A stretch of 64,000 nt of DNA. Origin: Balanoglossus misakiensis (taxonomy: Eukaryota > Animalia > Hemichordata). The stretch covers positions 1,924,635 to 1,988,634 of the forward strand of contig CM082595.2 in NCBI GenBank assembly GCA_040954595.2, given 5' to 3'. Position numbers and translations under genes: made by a program. Position 1 is the first letter of the stretch, and the number at the start of each line of letters is the position of its first letter. The notes under the pieces were generated by a model, which ran no database searches, was not told where the DNA came from, and worked only from the letters and a program-made list of their open reading frames with translations. Positions 1-19,840 of the stretch are shown here, in pieces.

Positions 1-229
1 TGTAATTGTCAAGATTGAAACAATTTTGATCATTCAATTAAGTATATTCATCCAGTTGATAATTAACAAACTACGGTGTATGAATATAAAATATACTGTG
101 TTTAGGAGTTCTAAGGTTAGATATGGAAATATGCCCAGTTTATCAGCATCTTATGCAATATCCCAGCATGCAATGTTCCATCATTCATAACATCACAGGG
201 TGGTCAAAGTTGAGAGTTCAAAGGTCACT

Positions 230-1360
230 CTATCCAGTTCTTCCCAAGGCAAGTACACCAATCAGAACAATGATCTCTGTTACAAAAGGAAATGCACTGA
301 AAATAGAGAAATACAACAAACATATTGAATTATTGGCAATACATGGATATCTAATGATTTGGACAGTTATACAGCAGAGATTGTTCAGTAATTAGTGAAG
401 TTTGGTAGGTTGTTTTGTAATATGTGTTGCTGTACAAGAAATGATGCCACTGTTCTAATGAGTGACTCACCTACAAAAACCAAATATCCACCAGAATATG
501 TAACATGGCCATTCTTGAAAGAGATAGAAGGACAATGCTACAGCCCCACTGGCATGTGCTCCTATGGCTGGTCATTAAAGTTAAGAATAGTCAACGGTTT
601 TAAATAATTATGGATCCACATAGCACCTTCATGTCTCTCTGACTCTGAGATATCAGGGTATGTGATTGTCGTAGAGGGTGCTATGCATCAATGTCACTTC
701 ACATTGACTTGGTGGGTGTGTGTATGTACAGCATCAATATTGTCTTTTGCATTTTCATTACCAAAAATGCATTCTGCTGGATTGCATGTTAAAGGATACA
801 TATCATGTTCTGAGAATGTATAAACATAGATGTTCCACTCATAAAACCAATGATTTCGATGCCAAGGAATGCTATGGTAAGTGATAAACCAACAATTAAC
901 CTGAAAATAAACAGATGTAATGAAACATTATTACAAAGGAGAAATTCTTGTACTGCATGTACGAGATAAACTGGTACAAAGTTTACATATATCATGTATA
1001 TAAGCAAGACATATCTACATCAAAGGATATACACCTGTATAGGTAATACTCACTCAGTGTCCCTGGTTGTATATTGGTCCTGGGTGTATTCGTATGGCAA
1101 GCAAGCCTTCACATTAGCATCCTACATATGGAAATGGGGAATGAGAATTACAAAGCAAGCAAATCTAAATGTAATATGAAGCTGTAATGTGGGCTTTATA
1201 TAGGTATCAGTGTATCATAAAAATCATCTGTGTTACCATAGAAACAGTTATAGACTGTAAAATCATTACTCACCCTGGCCCATAGGATTGTAATAGCAAT
1301 TACAAGATGGGCGATCATGCTAAGAAATCGAGCTGGCAATAGCGAGCTTAACTGAGACAT
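230..1360 (-). CDS. TMEM107: Transmembrane protein 107 (ciliary transition zone), 5 exons
   Basis: Manual splicing on the minus strand gives MSQLSSLLPARFLSMIAHLVIAITILWAR/DANVKACLPYEYTQDQYTTRDTE/LIVGLSLTIAFLGIEIIGFMSGTSMFIHSQNMI/SIGAHASGAVALSFYLFQEWPCYIFWWIFGFC/SAFPFVTEIIVLIGVLALGRTG*, collinear with TMEM107 as recalled (PSRFLTLLAHLV, SIGAHCSASVALSFF). Mostly missed by the ORF track. Confidence 0.93.
568..799 (-). other. U12-type (minor spliceosome) GT-AG intron, TMEM107 intron 3
   Basis: Donor GTATCCTTT (799-791), branch site TTCTTAAC about 12 nt before the CAG end, no polypyrimidine tract; removal restores the frame (T|CC = Ser). Confidence 0.92.
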
Positions 1361-1445
1361 GCTGACTGTAACACTCTAAGAACTGGCAATCAACAAAAAA
1401 TAACTTTAGCGCTGTTCTCGAAGTTTGTACCGTTACTATAGAAAC
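1232..1445. promoter_or_regulatory. Two RFX X-box motifs flanking the TMEM107 first coding exon
   Basis: GTTACCATAGAAAC (1232-1245) and GTTACTATAGAAAC (1432-1445) fit the X-box consensus GTYNCYATRGNAAC; TMEM107 is a ciliary gene. Confidence 0.7.
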
Positions 1446-2125
1446 TTGATCATGAAACTCTACATTGGCTTCCAATTTCATGCAGCAATTATCGGTGTCT
1501 ATGACATCGTTTCCTTTCAAATGATTTCCTTGGTCGGCGTCTTTCAAGTCGACAGCGATTCGGTACGATTTCTTTCGCGGAAATTAATGCTAACGCGTCA
1601 AAATTGATCGAGATGTCAAAAATATATAACTTTCTGTCGTCTGTTTTGGTTTCCAGCTCAGGAATTGAATATGTCCGCGTCTGCCTCGTCCAATGACAAA
1701 ACGGAAAGGGTATTGCCAGAAAAACTGTAGATTTCTATTTGTTTTAACATCATGTTATATTGTATTTACAAGCTGAAGACTCATTTAATTATAACAAAAT
1801 CAATTTTATTATCATATTCAGCTATAAAATATAATGTTATTTATGAAAGAAGTCTTATATTTACTGTCCCCGTGTTGGTATGCATCACCCTTGACAAAAA
1901 ATAGTATATCCCACACTCGTGTACGTTTCGAATTCTCGTACGTAGCTTCCGGTTGAAAGGGATTTTTCTCAAACATCAAATGAATACATTGTTTTCAATA
2001 ATTACTGCCACATCTGTGTACACTATCCTTCTCTTACTAGCTTGACCGACTAAACTAATAAATATTGTCTACTGTTTTTTCGAATATTTGAACTCTTAGA
2101 AACCACTTCCGTATTTCACTCGAGA

Positions 2126-2148
2126 TCTCACGAGACTTTGCCACGTCT
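2126..2148. promoter_or_regulatory. COPB2-A proximal promoter motifs: TCTCACGAGA (BANP-like) and TGCCACGTC (CREB3/XBP1-like)
   Basis: Motifs lie 60-85 bp upstream of the ATG, in the divergent TMEM107/COPB2 intergenic region. Confidence 0.45.
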
Positions 2149-2208
2149 GTGTGTCTGTCATAGCAGTACACGTCTCCCTTCCCTAGTCAATGCCGGAAAG
2201 ACCTCAAG

Positions 2209-2728
2209 ATGGTAAGAAAACGTGATTTATCGAGCACATTTGTAGCATTATACCGGTTGTTATGGAAACCGAATATCATTCTTCAAATGAAGAGTTTCCA
2301 TGTTCGTCTTGCGATCCGCAGGATCATTGATGGGGTGTCCAGGGACCAGTTTTAACACTGACTGGCGAAAGTTGTGTGCCAGTGCAGTGCATATGCATGT
2401 ACATATCATGATTGTACAGATTACGATAAAGTTCAGGCAATGTGTTTTTGCGTGTGTCAGCATCTAGAATGAGATTGTAAACCATTTAATTTACAAGTTA
2501 CAAATATCCATCGTGTGACAGGAATCTTACATGCATACTAGTTAGCAGTAAGCATACCTGTATTTGTCAACAAACTTTGGGTGGGAGGGGGGGGGGGGAC
2601 TGAAATCAATTACTCCAGACCATAGTACATGTGCCTCCATCCCTTAACTGTTTATGACTAGACTCAATAACATATGTAAATGATCATGTCTGGTGAATAT
2701 ATCATCACCACCACCACCACCACCGTCG

Positions 2729-2761
<33 letters not shown>

Positions 2762-5700
2762 CACCCCTGAAATGTTTTATTAACAGATATGTTTTAATTT
2801 TCTCTCACTATCACATACAGCCACTCAGACTTGATGTAAAGGTAAGCCAGCCAGCATTGTTGTGGTTTATTTAAATACAAATTTCAATTCAATCAGTTTC
2901 CTGGTGCTTATTCCATTCTTACTAACTTGTCCATTATGTTTATTTCTATTTTCAGCGTAAATTGTCAGCCAGATCAGACCGAGTGAAGTCGGTTGATTTG
3001 CATCCATCAGAACCATGGATGTTGGCGAGTTTGTACAATGGCAATGTCCATGTATGGAACCATGAATCTCAGGTAAATACAGCTGTGATGGACAATGACT
3101 GTATTGGTTTCAAAGATAGTTTCACATTACTTTGAAAAGTGTTGTATATCAGTATGATTCCTTGAAGTCTTAGCTGTGATGTGATTGTTATTAAATGTTT
3201 CATTTCTTTCTAGACATTGGTGAAGTCATTTGAAGTGTGTGATCTGCCAGTCAGATGTGCCAGATTTGTGGCAAGGAAGAATTGGATTGTCACTGGTTCC
3301 GTAAGTATCTCCTTGTCTTGTTACAGGAGAGGGATAGTGTACATACTGAGTACTGCCTGCATGTCTATTGATAGGATTCCATTTCTATACTGTAGGGAAG
3401 TTCAAAATTCAAGTAGCATGGTTGTTTTATTCAAACTTTCTGTATTTTTTATTGACAGGATGATATGCAGTTACGTGTGTACAACTACAATACATTGGAG
3501 AGAGTCCATGCTTTTGAAGCCCATTCTGATTACCTGAGATGTATCGCTGTTCATCCAACACAACCATATATCCTGACCAGTAGTGGTACGTTTAGCTTGT
3601 ATCAGTATAGTAATTATAGTAACGTAATCATTTAGTCCTCTTTTGTATACATAGATAATGGCAAATTGATTAAAGAAAATTATAAAATAACTTCTTCTTT
3701 TTTCAGATGATATGTTGATAAAGTTATGGGATTGGGAGAAGAAATGGCAATGCAGTCAAGTTTTTGAAGGGCATACTCACTATGTGATGCAGATTGTTAT
3801 CAATCCTAAAGACAACAATACCTTCGCCAGTGCATCACTGGACAGAACTGTTAAGGTAAGACATTGAATTCTTTGTAGCTCAGCCATTATAGATTGAGTG
3901 GAATTGATTGAGATTTGTTGTAATTTGTGTATTTTTAATTTTATTTTTAAGGTCTGGCAGCTGGGTTCCAACTCGCCAAACTTTACTCTGGAAGGACACG
4001 ACAAGGGAGTAAATTGTGTGGATTATTACAGTGGAGGTGATAAACCATATCTCATCTCGGGCGCTGATGACAGGCTTTGTAAAGTCTGGGATTACCAGGT
4101 ATGTATTGAACAGTGTAACCCTTTTAACCTCCATGGTTTGGTCCAAGTCCATGGTAATACTGGGCTTCTACACATGGGAATGGGGATGAAAGGGTTAAAC
4201 TGAACGTTAATGACCACATGCTATCTGATGAACACAAGCAGCAGCTTTCATTTCAGAGTAATCTAACACTTGTCATGAATGACATCTCTTTCAGAACAAG
4301 ACTTGTGTACAGACCCTGGAAGGCCATGCCCAGAATGTTGCTTGCGTGTCTTTCCATCCAGAGTTGCCCATCATATTGACTGGCTCAGAAGATGGTAATT
4401 CAATCAAAACTTACTTTATTACAAAAGCATTAAACCAAATCATTCAGTGATAAAAATATAGCTTCTTTGATGTGTATACAGTGACAACAGGAATTGATGA
4501 CAAAATTACTCTACAAGCAACTTCAAGTGACAGTTTAATAATTTATACAATTTCCAACACTTTGGTTGTTCTTGTGTCTATATTAGGTACTGTTAGAATC
4601 TGGCATGCAAATACTTACCGATTAGAAACAACATTGAACTATGGATTGGAACGAGTGTGGACCATTGCTTGTCAGAGGGGATCTAATAATGTTGCCCTTG
4701 GTTACGATGAAGGCAGTATCATGGTAAAGGTATGTACAAAACTTTTGTAAACTTTATTGTTATATTTTGTGGATCAGAGATCAAAGCTGCCAGATTTTAG
4801 CCAAAACATTGATCTTTCACTGGAATTTTTTTTTAGCTTGGTCGTGAAGAACCAGCTATGTCGATGGACTCGAGTGGTAAAATCATCTGGGCTAAACATG
4901 CTGAGATACAGCAAGCCAATCTGAAGACCATGGCAGACATGGAAATCAAGGATGCTGAACGTTTGCCGTTGGCTGTGAAGGATATGGGAAGCTGTGAGAT
5001 CTATCCACAAACTATCGCACATAATCCCAATGGAAGGTGAGTGGTTTTGATTGTCAAATTGGAACGATGTGTCTTCAAGATAAGATATTCTGCCTCCAAA
5101 GCAAACTGTAGTTTCATACTACTCTTCTTTGTCCATATTAAAATATTTGATGTTTTTGACAGGTTTGTTGTAGTCTGTGGTGATGGGGAATACATCATCT
5201 ATACAGCCATGGCTTTGAGAAATAAAGCATTTGGATCTGCACAAGAGTTCGTCTGGGCACAAGAATCTAACGAGTAAGTTCAATCTTAATTTATCTGAAT
5301 CAAAATTACATACGTCAACTGGAAGATTTGGGTGTTAACTATCCAAATTGTCATTACAGGTATGCTATCAGAGAAGGCACTTCTACAGTCAAACTGTTCA
5401 GAAATTTCAAAGAGAGGAAGAGTTTCAAACCTGATTTTGGAACTGAAGGTTAGTTATACATAGTTATATTCTTCATAATTTATACAAGCAGTTACTTGGA
5501 TAACCTGATAGTGTTTTGTTCAAAAAGTGTCACAGGAAAGCCTATTTTGACTTTCCATTTCTACATTCTTAGGTATCTATGGTGGTTTTCTGCTCGGAGT
5601 AAGGTCTGCCAGTGGACTTGCATTCTATGATTGGGAGACCAGTGAACTCATCAGAAGAATTGAAATTACACCAAAACAGGTAACATTACAGTGGTTTTTG

Positions 5701-8258
5701 AATTTCTGTATTATTACCTGGACATTTGGCCTGTTAATCTGAATTTGCACACAAGACTAAACACTATCATGTTTGTCTTTGTTTATTTCCAGATCTTCTG
5801 GTCGGACAGTGGAGAGTTGATGTGTATCACCACAGAAGATTCATTCTTCATTCTGAAATACAGTACTGAAGCTGTCAGCAAAGCTCAGGAAACAAATGAA
5901 GGCATCACTGAAGATGGAATTGAAGATGCATTTGATGTAAGTATAAACAACCAGAAGAATTGAACAAACTCGAGAACAGTAATATCGAATATTTGAATCT
6001 ACCAGCACTGAATATATTTTTGAAAATACCAGTGGTGTTTGTTTCATATCATGAGATGCCTACAAATGATCATTTTCTGTCACTCTCAAAAGGTTGTTGG
6101 TGAAATCCAAGAAAATGTCAAAACTGGTCTGTGGGTTGGAGATTGCTTCATATATACTAATTCTGTCAACAGATTGAATTATTATGTTGGTGGTGAAATT
6201 GTCACAATTTCACACTTGGACAGGTGAGAATATTTGTTGTCTTGACAAAGCTGTTATCCTAATTTTGAATTGTTATGTGTTTGTGGTGAATTTCTGAATT
6301 TCACTCAAATATTGCTCTTATTTATTTATTTTAACCATTTAATTATTTTGTCTCATATTTCAGAGTGATGTACTTGCTGGGCTACATTCCCCGTGACAAT
6401 CGTCTATATCTTGGAGACAAAGAACTCAATGTTGTCAGTTATGAATTATTACTCTCGGTATTAGAGTACCAAACTGCCGTTATGAGGAGAGACTTCGAAA
6501 CTGCTGATAAAGTCTTACCCACAATTCCACGAGAACAAAGGACGAGAGTTGCTCACTTCCTGGAAAAACAGGTGAGATATATATTCGTAATTTTAATGAA
6601 TAGAATTGTGAACATATTTACTTTGAGAAAACAACACACTCAAAATTGACATTTGAATATTATTTTTATTTTTAGGGATTTAAACCTCAAGCCTTGGCTG
6701 TATCAACTGATCCAGAACACAGATTTGAGCTGTCGTTGCAACTTGGTGAATTGAAGATTGCATATGATATTGCGAAGGAGGCAGAGGTAAGATAGAACCA
6801 ACGCAAGTAACTTGGGTAGAAATCTGCTTATTGTTACCATCATCCCATGACTGTTTCGGCGTCATGGATATAATATAACAATCTGCAACATTTTATTGAT
6901 TTGACAGAGTGAAGAGAAATGGAAACAGCTAGCAGAACTTGCCACCTCCAAATGTGAATTCAAATTAGCTTCTGAATGTTTACACCACGCGCAAGACTAC
7001 GGCGCCTTGTTGCTATTAGCAACATGTTCGGGAGATGCTGAGATGGTGGAGAAACTTGGCATGGCATCACAGAATGAAGACAAAAACAATGTAGCATTCC
7101 TATCTTACTTCTTATTGGGCCAGTAAGTGTACAATTTCTGAGTGACTCAATATTCCTGTGGAGTTTCACATCTTTAACCGTATTCAATACATTCATGCAT
7201 CATGTTGTTTCACTGTACACTTCATTGACAGTAACAAATGCCTTAATTCCTCCGTTTTCAGGACAGAGAAATGTTTAGATCTTTTATGTCAGAGTGGCCG
7301 ACTACCAGAAGCTGCATTCTTAGCCAGGACATATATGCCAAGCAAAGTATCAGAGTGAGTATAACTATTGTTCATGTAGTTGTAACAAATTCATGAATCT
7401 ATTATGGTTGGATATGATTTGTATTTTTGAAATGACTAATTTCATTCATCCCTAAAGCAATGAGCATAACTGTTACAATAAAATTGATTGTATCTATTTC
7501 AGAATTGTACAAATGTGGAGAGAAAGTTTGGCCAAGACAAATAAGAAGGCAGCTGAGTCCTTAGCAGATCCAACAGAATATGAAAATTTATTTGTTGGCT
7601 TGAAGGAAGGTTACTTGGCTGAAAAGTACTTGAAGAAAACACAAAAGGTGCTTCCTGCAGCAGCTTATCCTCATGTGCCGGTAAGTGGAAGACAGTGCCT
7701 AATTATGGATAGGTAGAGCTTAATCGAAGGATTATAATAGTTTGAAATAAGTTGATTGCATTTTGATATCATTATAAAAGAAAAGAAATCTTTTGTCTCA
7801 TGTTATCATATCATGTTACTCTTGCAGAATACGTATGACAGAAATGTGATTGAAGAAATGAATCAAGCTGCTGATAGCCAAGACATTGATGTGAGTTTTT
7901 TTGAGAATTTTATATGATTGCGAGAGATCACTGTCCTTTCTTTTGCTCTGCGTATAAAAATGAATTACCGGTAGTATTCATTGCAGTTAGCAAATAAACT
8001 TTCACAAATATACCTTGTTGACTTATTTTTAAACTTTGACCTTTGCAGGAAGAAGAAGTTGCAGTTGATGAAGAATTAGAAGAAGAAGAGGTTTCAACAG
8101 AGGCAAAAGATCAGCTTTCAGCTGTGGAAAGACTTGAAGAAAATTTAGACAATAAAGATTTTGATTTTGATTTAGACAAAGATATTGAGAATTTGAAATT
8201 AGATGAAAATATTGACACTAGTGATGTGAACTTAGATGAGGATCTTCTGGAAGATTAG
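2209..8258 (+). CDS. COPB2: Coatomer subunit beta' (beta'-COP), canonical copy A, multi-exon
   Basis: ATG-only first exon (2209-2211, gtaag), then [28 protein letters not shown]; WD40 repeats, [41 protein letters not shown] and an acidic tail ending [12 protein letters not shown] introns keep frame. Confidence 0.97.
2701..2760. repeat. (CAC)n/(CAT)n trinucleotide microsatellite in COPB2-A intron 1
   Basis: Directly visible; explains the poly-T/poly-I ORF 2680-2874. Confidence 0.95.
4115..4198. mobile_element. Degenerate TTAA-flanked MITE (family 1)
   Basis: AACCCTTT...CCATGGTTTGGTCCAA...GGGGATGAAAGGGTTAA resembles the intact copy at 23929-24021. Confidence 0.65.
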
Positions 8259-9259
8259 GAACATTTTAGTACAACCACGATATTCAGAACACCAGGTTGC
8301 TGTCAAATGACCAAGAAAGTCATTGGTTTTCAAGTATGGTTTGTTGGGAAGAAAGCAAGACCCATAAAAACAATCTGATGATACTCTCTACGGAATATTG
8401 TAAATTGTGTTCTCTCTCCTCTGTACTGTGTCAGATACCTTTGTACCATCTTGTAACTGTAACTTGTTTTCAGAAGTATTTCTTTTCACAGAACTTTAGA
8501 ACATTTTAGGGATGTAGAAATGACAGTGAACAAACTGTAGAGTACTAATGATCAAGACGTCTGACTCAAAAAGCTTTCCCAAGTCTTATTTTTACTTCAG
8601 TCATATTTTGAAATATTTATTTCAGGAAAGCAGGCTGCCTTTTTAGACATTGAAATACTGTAATCTGTCTATAAATCAGTTGGGGTGATGATGCAGTACT
8701 TCATTGGTGTTGCCATGGTTATTACATTGGTTGCCATGGTTGTTGGTTGTCATGGCAAGCAGTTTTGCCAACAATACTAAAGTAAGGACTGGCTGTAATG
8801 TGCATTAATTGAAAAAGGTTTTAAACTAAAATTCTATAAAGAATCACTGGGGTAAAATTGCTGTGTCTGTATATTTTTCACATTCTCGCATTCAAGGGAT
8901 CAGGAGATGGCAATATTGCATATTCACTTAATTAGTGAATAAATTTAATAAAATTTCAGTTATTGAAAAGAGTGTTGAGTTTTGTTCTGTCATTATTATC
9001 ACATTTCATCACATCTCTGGGTTATGAACCCTGACCTGATACGAAACAAACTTTTCAAACATCTACTCTGCTATTGGTTGGTTTAACACGCCCATAAATT
9101 CATATTAATTTTAATGTAGCCATTAGTTCATTATACCGTTGGCGTTTAAGGCAAAAAGTAATCAAATTCTATACCTTATGGCTAAAATTCGATGGCTTTG
9201 ACTTATATTTGATAAAGTTGGAAAGTAGGTCAAAGTTTAATAGTGTGACCTGACCGAGG

Positions 9260-9267
9260 TGACGTGG
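9260..9267 (+). promoter_or_regulatory. TGACGTGG (UPRE/CREB3-type site) upstream of COPB2-B
   Basis: Exact octamer about 280 bp upstream of the copy B ATG; this motif is typical of secretory-pathway gene promoters. Confidence 0.5.
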
Positions 9268-9542
9268 TCTGATCCAACGCGACTAGATTGACCCGACACC
9301 GCGTACATGCAGGTCATATCATGGTACTACCACATATATCGTTATCTGATCAGTGTGTTGGACTAACGATGGTACTGGTGGACTTTGATCACGTTTTGGA
9401 CACGATTTACCATCTGTAGCACCTCGCGTGCAGCTAGCACGCACTGTTTCCGGACAAGAACTCTCCATCTCAGCTGTGAAGACGTCAGCTGATAGCAACC
9501 ACACCCCCTCCTCCCCCGCCTCATGCGTAACCAGGGTCCACT

Positions 9543-15424
<5,882 letters not shown>

Positions 15425-15689
15425 TTTAATTTGGACAACCTGATTTGCTGTACAAACCTGGTTTGTGATTTTTGTCACCATTTCGCTTGTTGCAATGATC
15501 TAATGCTCAGTTCTGGTTAGCAGTGATCAACTCTCAAAGATTAATCTCATTCAAACAAGAAAGACAAGAAAGAGTTTATATATATAAGTATGAATACTTT
15601 ATTGCACAGATAACATAAAATAAAATTCAGCAATGAAAACTTTCAACTAAAAGAATATCAAATATTTCACAAGAAACATGTCATGTACT

Positions 15690-18600
15690 TCAGTGTGACT
15701 GAAAAAACTCTGTGATTGGACGATAAAATAGATATCCCAAAAAGACACAGTTGAGCAGAGCACTGATCACCAGGACACTGGGCAAGAGGCAGGAAGAAGA
15801 CTGGGCACCTGAAAATAGAAATGACAGACGTCAATAGAGGTACAATAAATGTCTAAAGAAATATCTCAGGAGAGATGTACACAGTCGGAAAGTTGTTACT
15901 ATTATTAGTGATAGTGGTTCCAATAGAAAAAATATACAAGGTTTACAACTGACCAGTTGAGGTTGCATCACAACTGTCCACACTGCTTTCGTTGCTATAG
16001 TTGCTGGATGAATCATCGCACACTGTTTGTTCTATGAAGAAAGAAAAACAAGGTAAAAATGAATAATTTTTTATATCTTAAATTTATATTCATATTGCCT
16101 GAACAGAAATGACTTTAATATCTGGTGTGTCATAGCTTACCTTTAGCACTGGATGGAAATTGCTGTTTGGAAGTAGACACTCTTGAGTCCTGTGTGGGTA
16201 CTTGTCTGCTTTCACTTGAAAAACTTGAAATATTCAGACGTGCAGGACTTATAAGTGGCTTCTGTCTTTGTAGTTTTGTCAGTTGCTTTGCTGAATATGC
16301 ATTTTCTGTTGGATTGGTGTTGTACTGTGATGTGCGGGTGTTATACTGTAATGTGTGAGTAGACCACATTCCTGTAAATAGGCAACAACACAACACTGTT
16401 AATAAAGTACCAGATACAGGAGAAAAATGTTAAGCTGAGTAGAATTGAAATGTCTTTGGCAGCATGACTTACCAGGATCTATTCGTCTTTGATTTCTAGG
16501 AGGTCCCAGTGACATGGCATCCAATGTGTTGTCAAGTCCTGCTTTCCTGGGTGGTGAAGTTTGTGATGTCAAGGTACCAAATCCACTTGTTAGTGATGAA
16601 AAGTTGTCAAATCCAGTCTTTCTGTTAGATGATCTTTGTGAGATAACTGACCGTGATTCAAATAAACTGTCATTCATTTTGTTCTGTTTGACTGAGTCGA
16701 AAGATTTTAGTGATGGTGTTGATTGGTTACCGAAAATATCATTCTTGAGAGTGGATGAAGAATTGAATATATTGTCGGATTGTTGATCCTCAGCGAATGA
16801 GCTGGCAGGACTGGTATCACATGACAATGAGGACATATTGGATAGATTCTCATAACTCAACCTGTGGAAAAATAACAAGATATTTGCTGTTTACTGAATC
16901 ATTGGTAATAAGGTAATCAAACAATGGATAGTTCATAAAAATCTGAAAGTTTAAAACTACAAAAAGCTAAGAACTACAGTATGTGCACTAACCTTTTCTT
17001 CAGTGCTTTTGCTGTTTTTCTAACTCTCCGATGAAGAAGACAATGAACACAGAAGTACACACATAAAGCCGAGACACCAATTTCTGATATCATAACCAGA
17101 TGTGAACGCCATGGTAACCACTCAAAACCAAAGGGTAAAGTGTTTGAATGTTGACACAGCAACAGTAACCATAGAAATGTGCAAAGTGTATCTCCACCAC
17201 TTAATCTAAAAAGAGAAAAATAAATAATACATTAAAGATTAGTTATTGCTGTAATCATTTCACATGAGACACTTGTGTAACATCTAACATTATTTTTTAC
17301 TTGCCTGGTCTTTCCATTCAGCAAAATAGCTGTGATTGATGCCAACATTCCAGAACAGATGGACAGCCATATATGATCATCTATTGCTAATATCTGGAAA
17401 AGCTCTGAAATATATCAACATTGAAAAAAAACATGAATTAACTTTAGGATGTGTATAGTATAGGACATATGTATTGCTACAATTTTCTCAACACTACACA
17501 ATAATCACCTGCCTACCAGTTACCTACCTCCCCATGATGCGAGAACAATGTCAAGGTTGCCATAGTGATTCATGACGTTTCCAAGGCAACATATTAAAGA
17601 ACAGCAAACAGCAATGAGACGCAGGAGAGTAACACACCATGGTGACGACATTACTAGATTGAATGAATTCTGAAACAAGAAAAAATATAAAATTATTTTC
17701 ATTGACAAGTTGCAATCTTCTTGGAATTGATTTCTGTAAAATAATATTGAGTTGACAGAAAAATAATTAATCTATAAATATCTCCTGACTTACTGCTGGG
17801 TCATTCTTCAGACTACTTTCTTTCAGTCGTGTTCCTAACAAATGTGATTTTATCTGTCGGTTTTGCTGCTGTAGCTCAGCTTGTACAGCCATTTCACAAT
17901 GTTCACATAGTCTATAGATTTGCTCGAGATGATGTTGATACATTTCAACTTCTGCGTCATATGTTGCCTGTGAAAAAATTAAACATGCATTACAAATAAC
18001 TTTGATTACAGTCTTTGGTGTGATGTCATAAAATGGACAAGATTTTCACTTTCCTGGAAATAAAAAAAACGCGCAATCATGAAATTCACTCATATTCACC
18101 TCATTGTGTGGTACAAATGCAGCTAGTTGTTTAACTTTCAAGAGTTGATTTCTATTACAATGGTTGCACAGTTGATTCCTCTGTGTATCGTTTGATGGAC
18201 ATTGCTGATGATATTCCGCAACTACATTGTGATTCAAAGTCTCTTCAAACTGAGCAGGAATTGGCTTGTTATAATCACCATCCTGAAAATAGAGAAGGAA
18301 CAAAATTGGTCATCGCCATTGTCACAGGTCTCAGTCATCCATGATGTCATCTTGTGAATAGTGAATACTTCTTGTACATGTGATGTGCCTAGCCCCCGTA
18401 GAGATTCACATGTACTGTATTACCTTCCATTAGAGTCAAAGGTCGTCTTACCTCTTGGAAACCATTGTATTGCTGACAGTGAGGGCAATCCCAGCAGTTC
18501 TTGTTGCCATAGGGAACAACTGTGTCCTTATTACAAAACCAACAGTTTACCTTGATATGACTGGGATGTCTGCAAATACAAAATTTTGACACATGAATAT

Positions 18601-18757
18601 GACATATATTACTGGGGCTGAAACTGATGATAATGATAGAAAAATCTAAGAAGATAAATGTTAAAGTTGGATGAGAAGATGACACTTACCTGATATAGAA
18701 CCAAATAATCAAGAAACAGACAAATGCTGTGATAAGGATGGTCAGTAAGAATGACAT
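15690..18757 (-). CDS. TMEM201: Transmembrane protein 201 (Samp1/Ima1 family, inner nuclear membrane)
   Basis: N-terminal hydrophobic segment, then VNCWFCNKDTVVPYGNKNCWDCPHCQQYNGFQEDGDYNKPIPAQ and LCNHCNRNQLLKVKQLAAF (Ima1_N CxxC motifs), central TM exons, Ser-rich region and a C-terminal TM ending PITEFFQSH*. Start codon is a best guess. Confidence 0.9.
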
Positions 18758-19832
18758 CACGTCCTCTTGCTGATGAAGTTGTGTAGCACTGCAGTAATCA
18801 AATTATTGTAATCTTCTTTGATACCCTAAAAATAATAAGACAATGATCCACATGTCATTTTGTAATATTTTCTATGCGATTTTAAGAACTGTCACTTTTT
18901 AAAAGCCGTATGGTAATACTATGGGACACCGTATCACACACCTCAGTCACAGACTCGACTCGACTTGTATGATCGCGCTGCCTGGTTTGGAAACTAAAAC
19001 TACACGCTATCGTCCAGGGAAAAACAAGGTTGTTGCATTAACATACCTTTCTTTGAATTCTTTTAACTACCTGCACAATCAACGAGAAGTATTTGAACCT
19101 GTCACCAGAGCACAAAGGAACATGTGTACAATGTACAAGTACCGGTGTTCACTTCCGGGGTTCTGTACTATGATTTGGAATGAGATTCGGATTCAGATCC
19201 GACGTGGATTCAGCTTGCAACTTTTGGACATTCCGTCACGTCGCTGGAAAAGCGGGATGCACGCAATTAAACATTAACGCCATGTTCGGTCGACAAATTA
19301 CGAATCAATTTATTATCCGGAAGCGAGCAAGATATCCTTGATTTCATTAAACGTCAATTTGTTTACAAGTGGTATTTGACACGTGACAGGCAGACGACGG
19401 AAGACAACACAAACAAACGAAGACGGTCTGCCTAACTCAGCTGGAAATGTATTCACTGCAGATACACTGAAACACGGAGCTGCATCGTTGGTCTGGTTCC
19501 CGAGAAAGGAGAACTTGATGTCTGTATTTTAGAGAACTAAGGATGTGTGTTTCTCAAAAATAGGTACGTTTGCAAAGAATGGGTTGTTTATTTGCTGGGA
19601 ACATTCACTGTCAAATGGGTTGAGTCCGTCTCAAGTGTTGGGATGTGGACTGACAGTGAAAGTAACTTAGGAGATATTTGTTGACTCTGTTACGTGCGAA
19701 AAACACGGTGTCCAATCAGGCACGAAGCTGTATAATCCCACGATAATGATTTGCAATGTCAATGTTTGAGTCAGTGGGTGGTGTAATGTGACCTATATAA
19801 GGCCAACCTCCATCGCCTGGCTGTGTTGGCCA

Positions 19833-19840
19833 CCACGTCA
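19833..19840 (-). promoter_or_regulatory. CCACGTCA (UPRE/XBP1/CREB3-type site) in SLC35E2 intron 1
   Basis: Exact octamer in context CCACGTCATCA, near the 5' end of a nucleotide-sugar-transporter family gene. Confidence 0.4.

Noticed and set aside
1-229. U8 snoRNA downstream of TMEM107 as in human
   Set aside because: No U8-like sequence visible; the window ends shortly after the stop codon.
2680-2874. Poly-Thr/poly-Ile ORF resembling a membrane protein
   Set aside because: Trinucleotide microsatellite; only PLRLDVK is a real exon.
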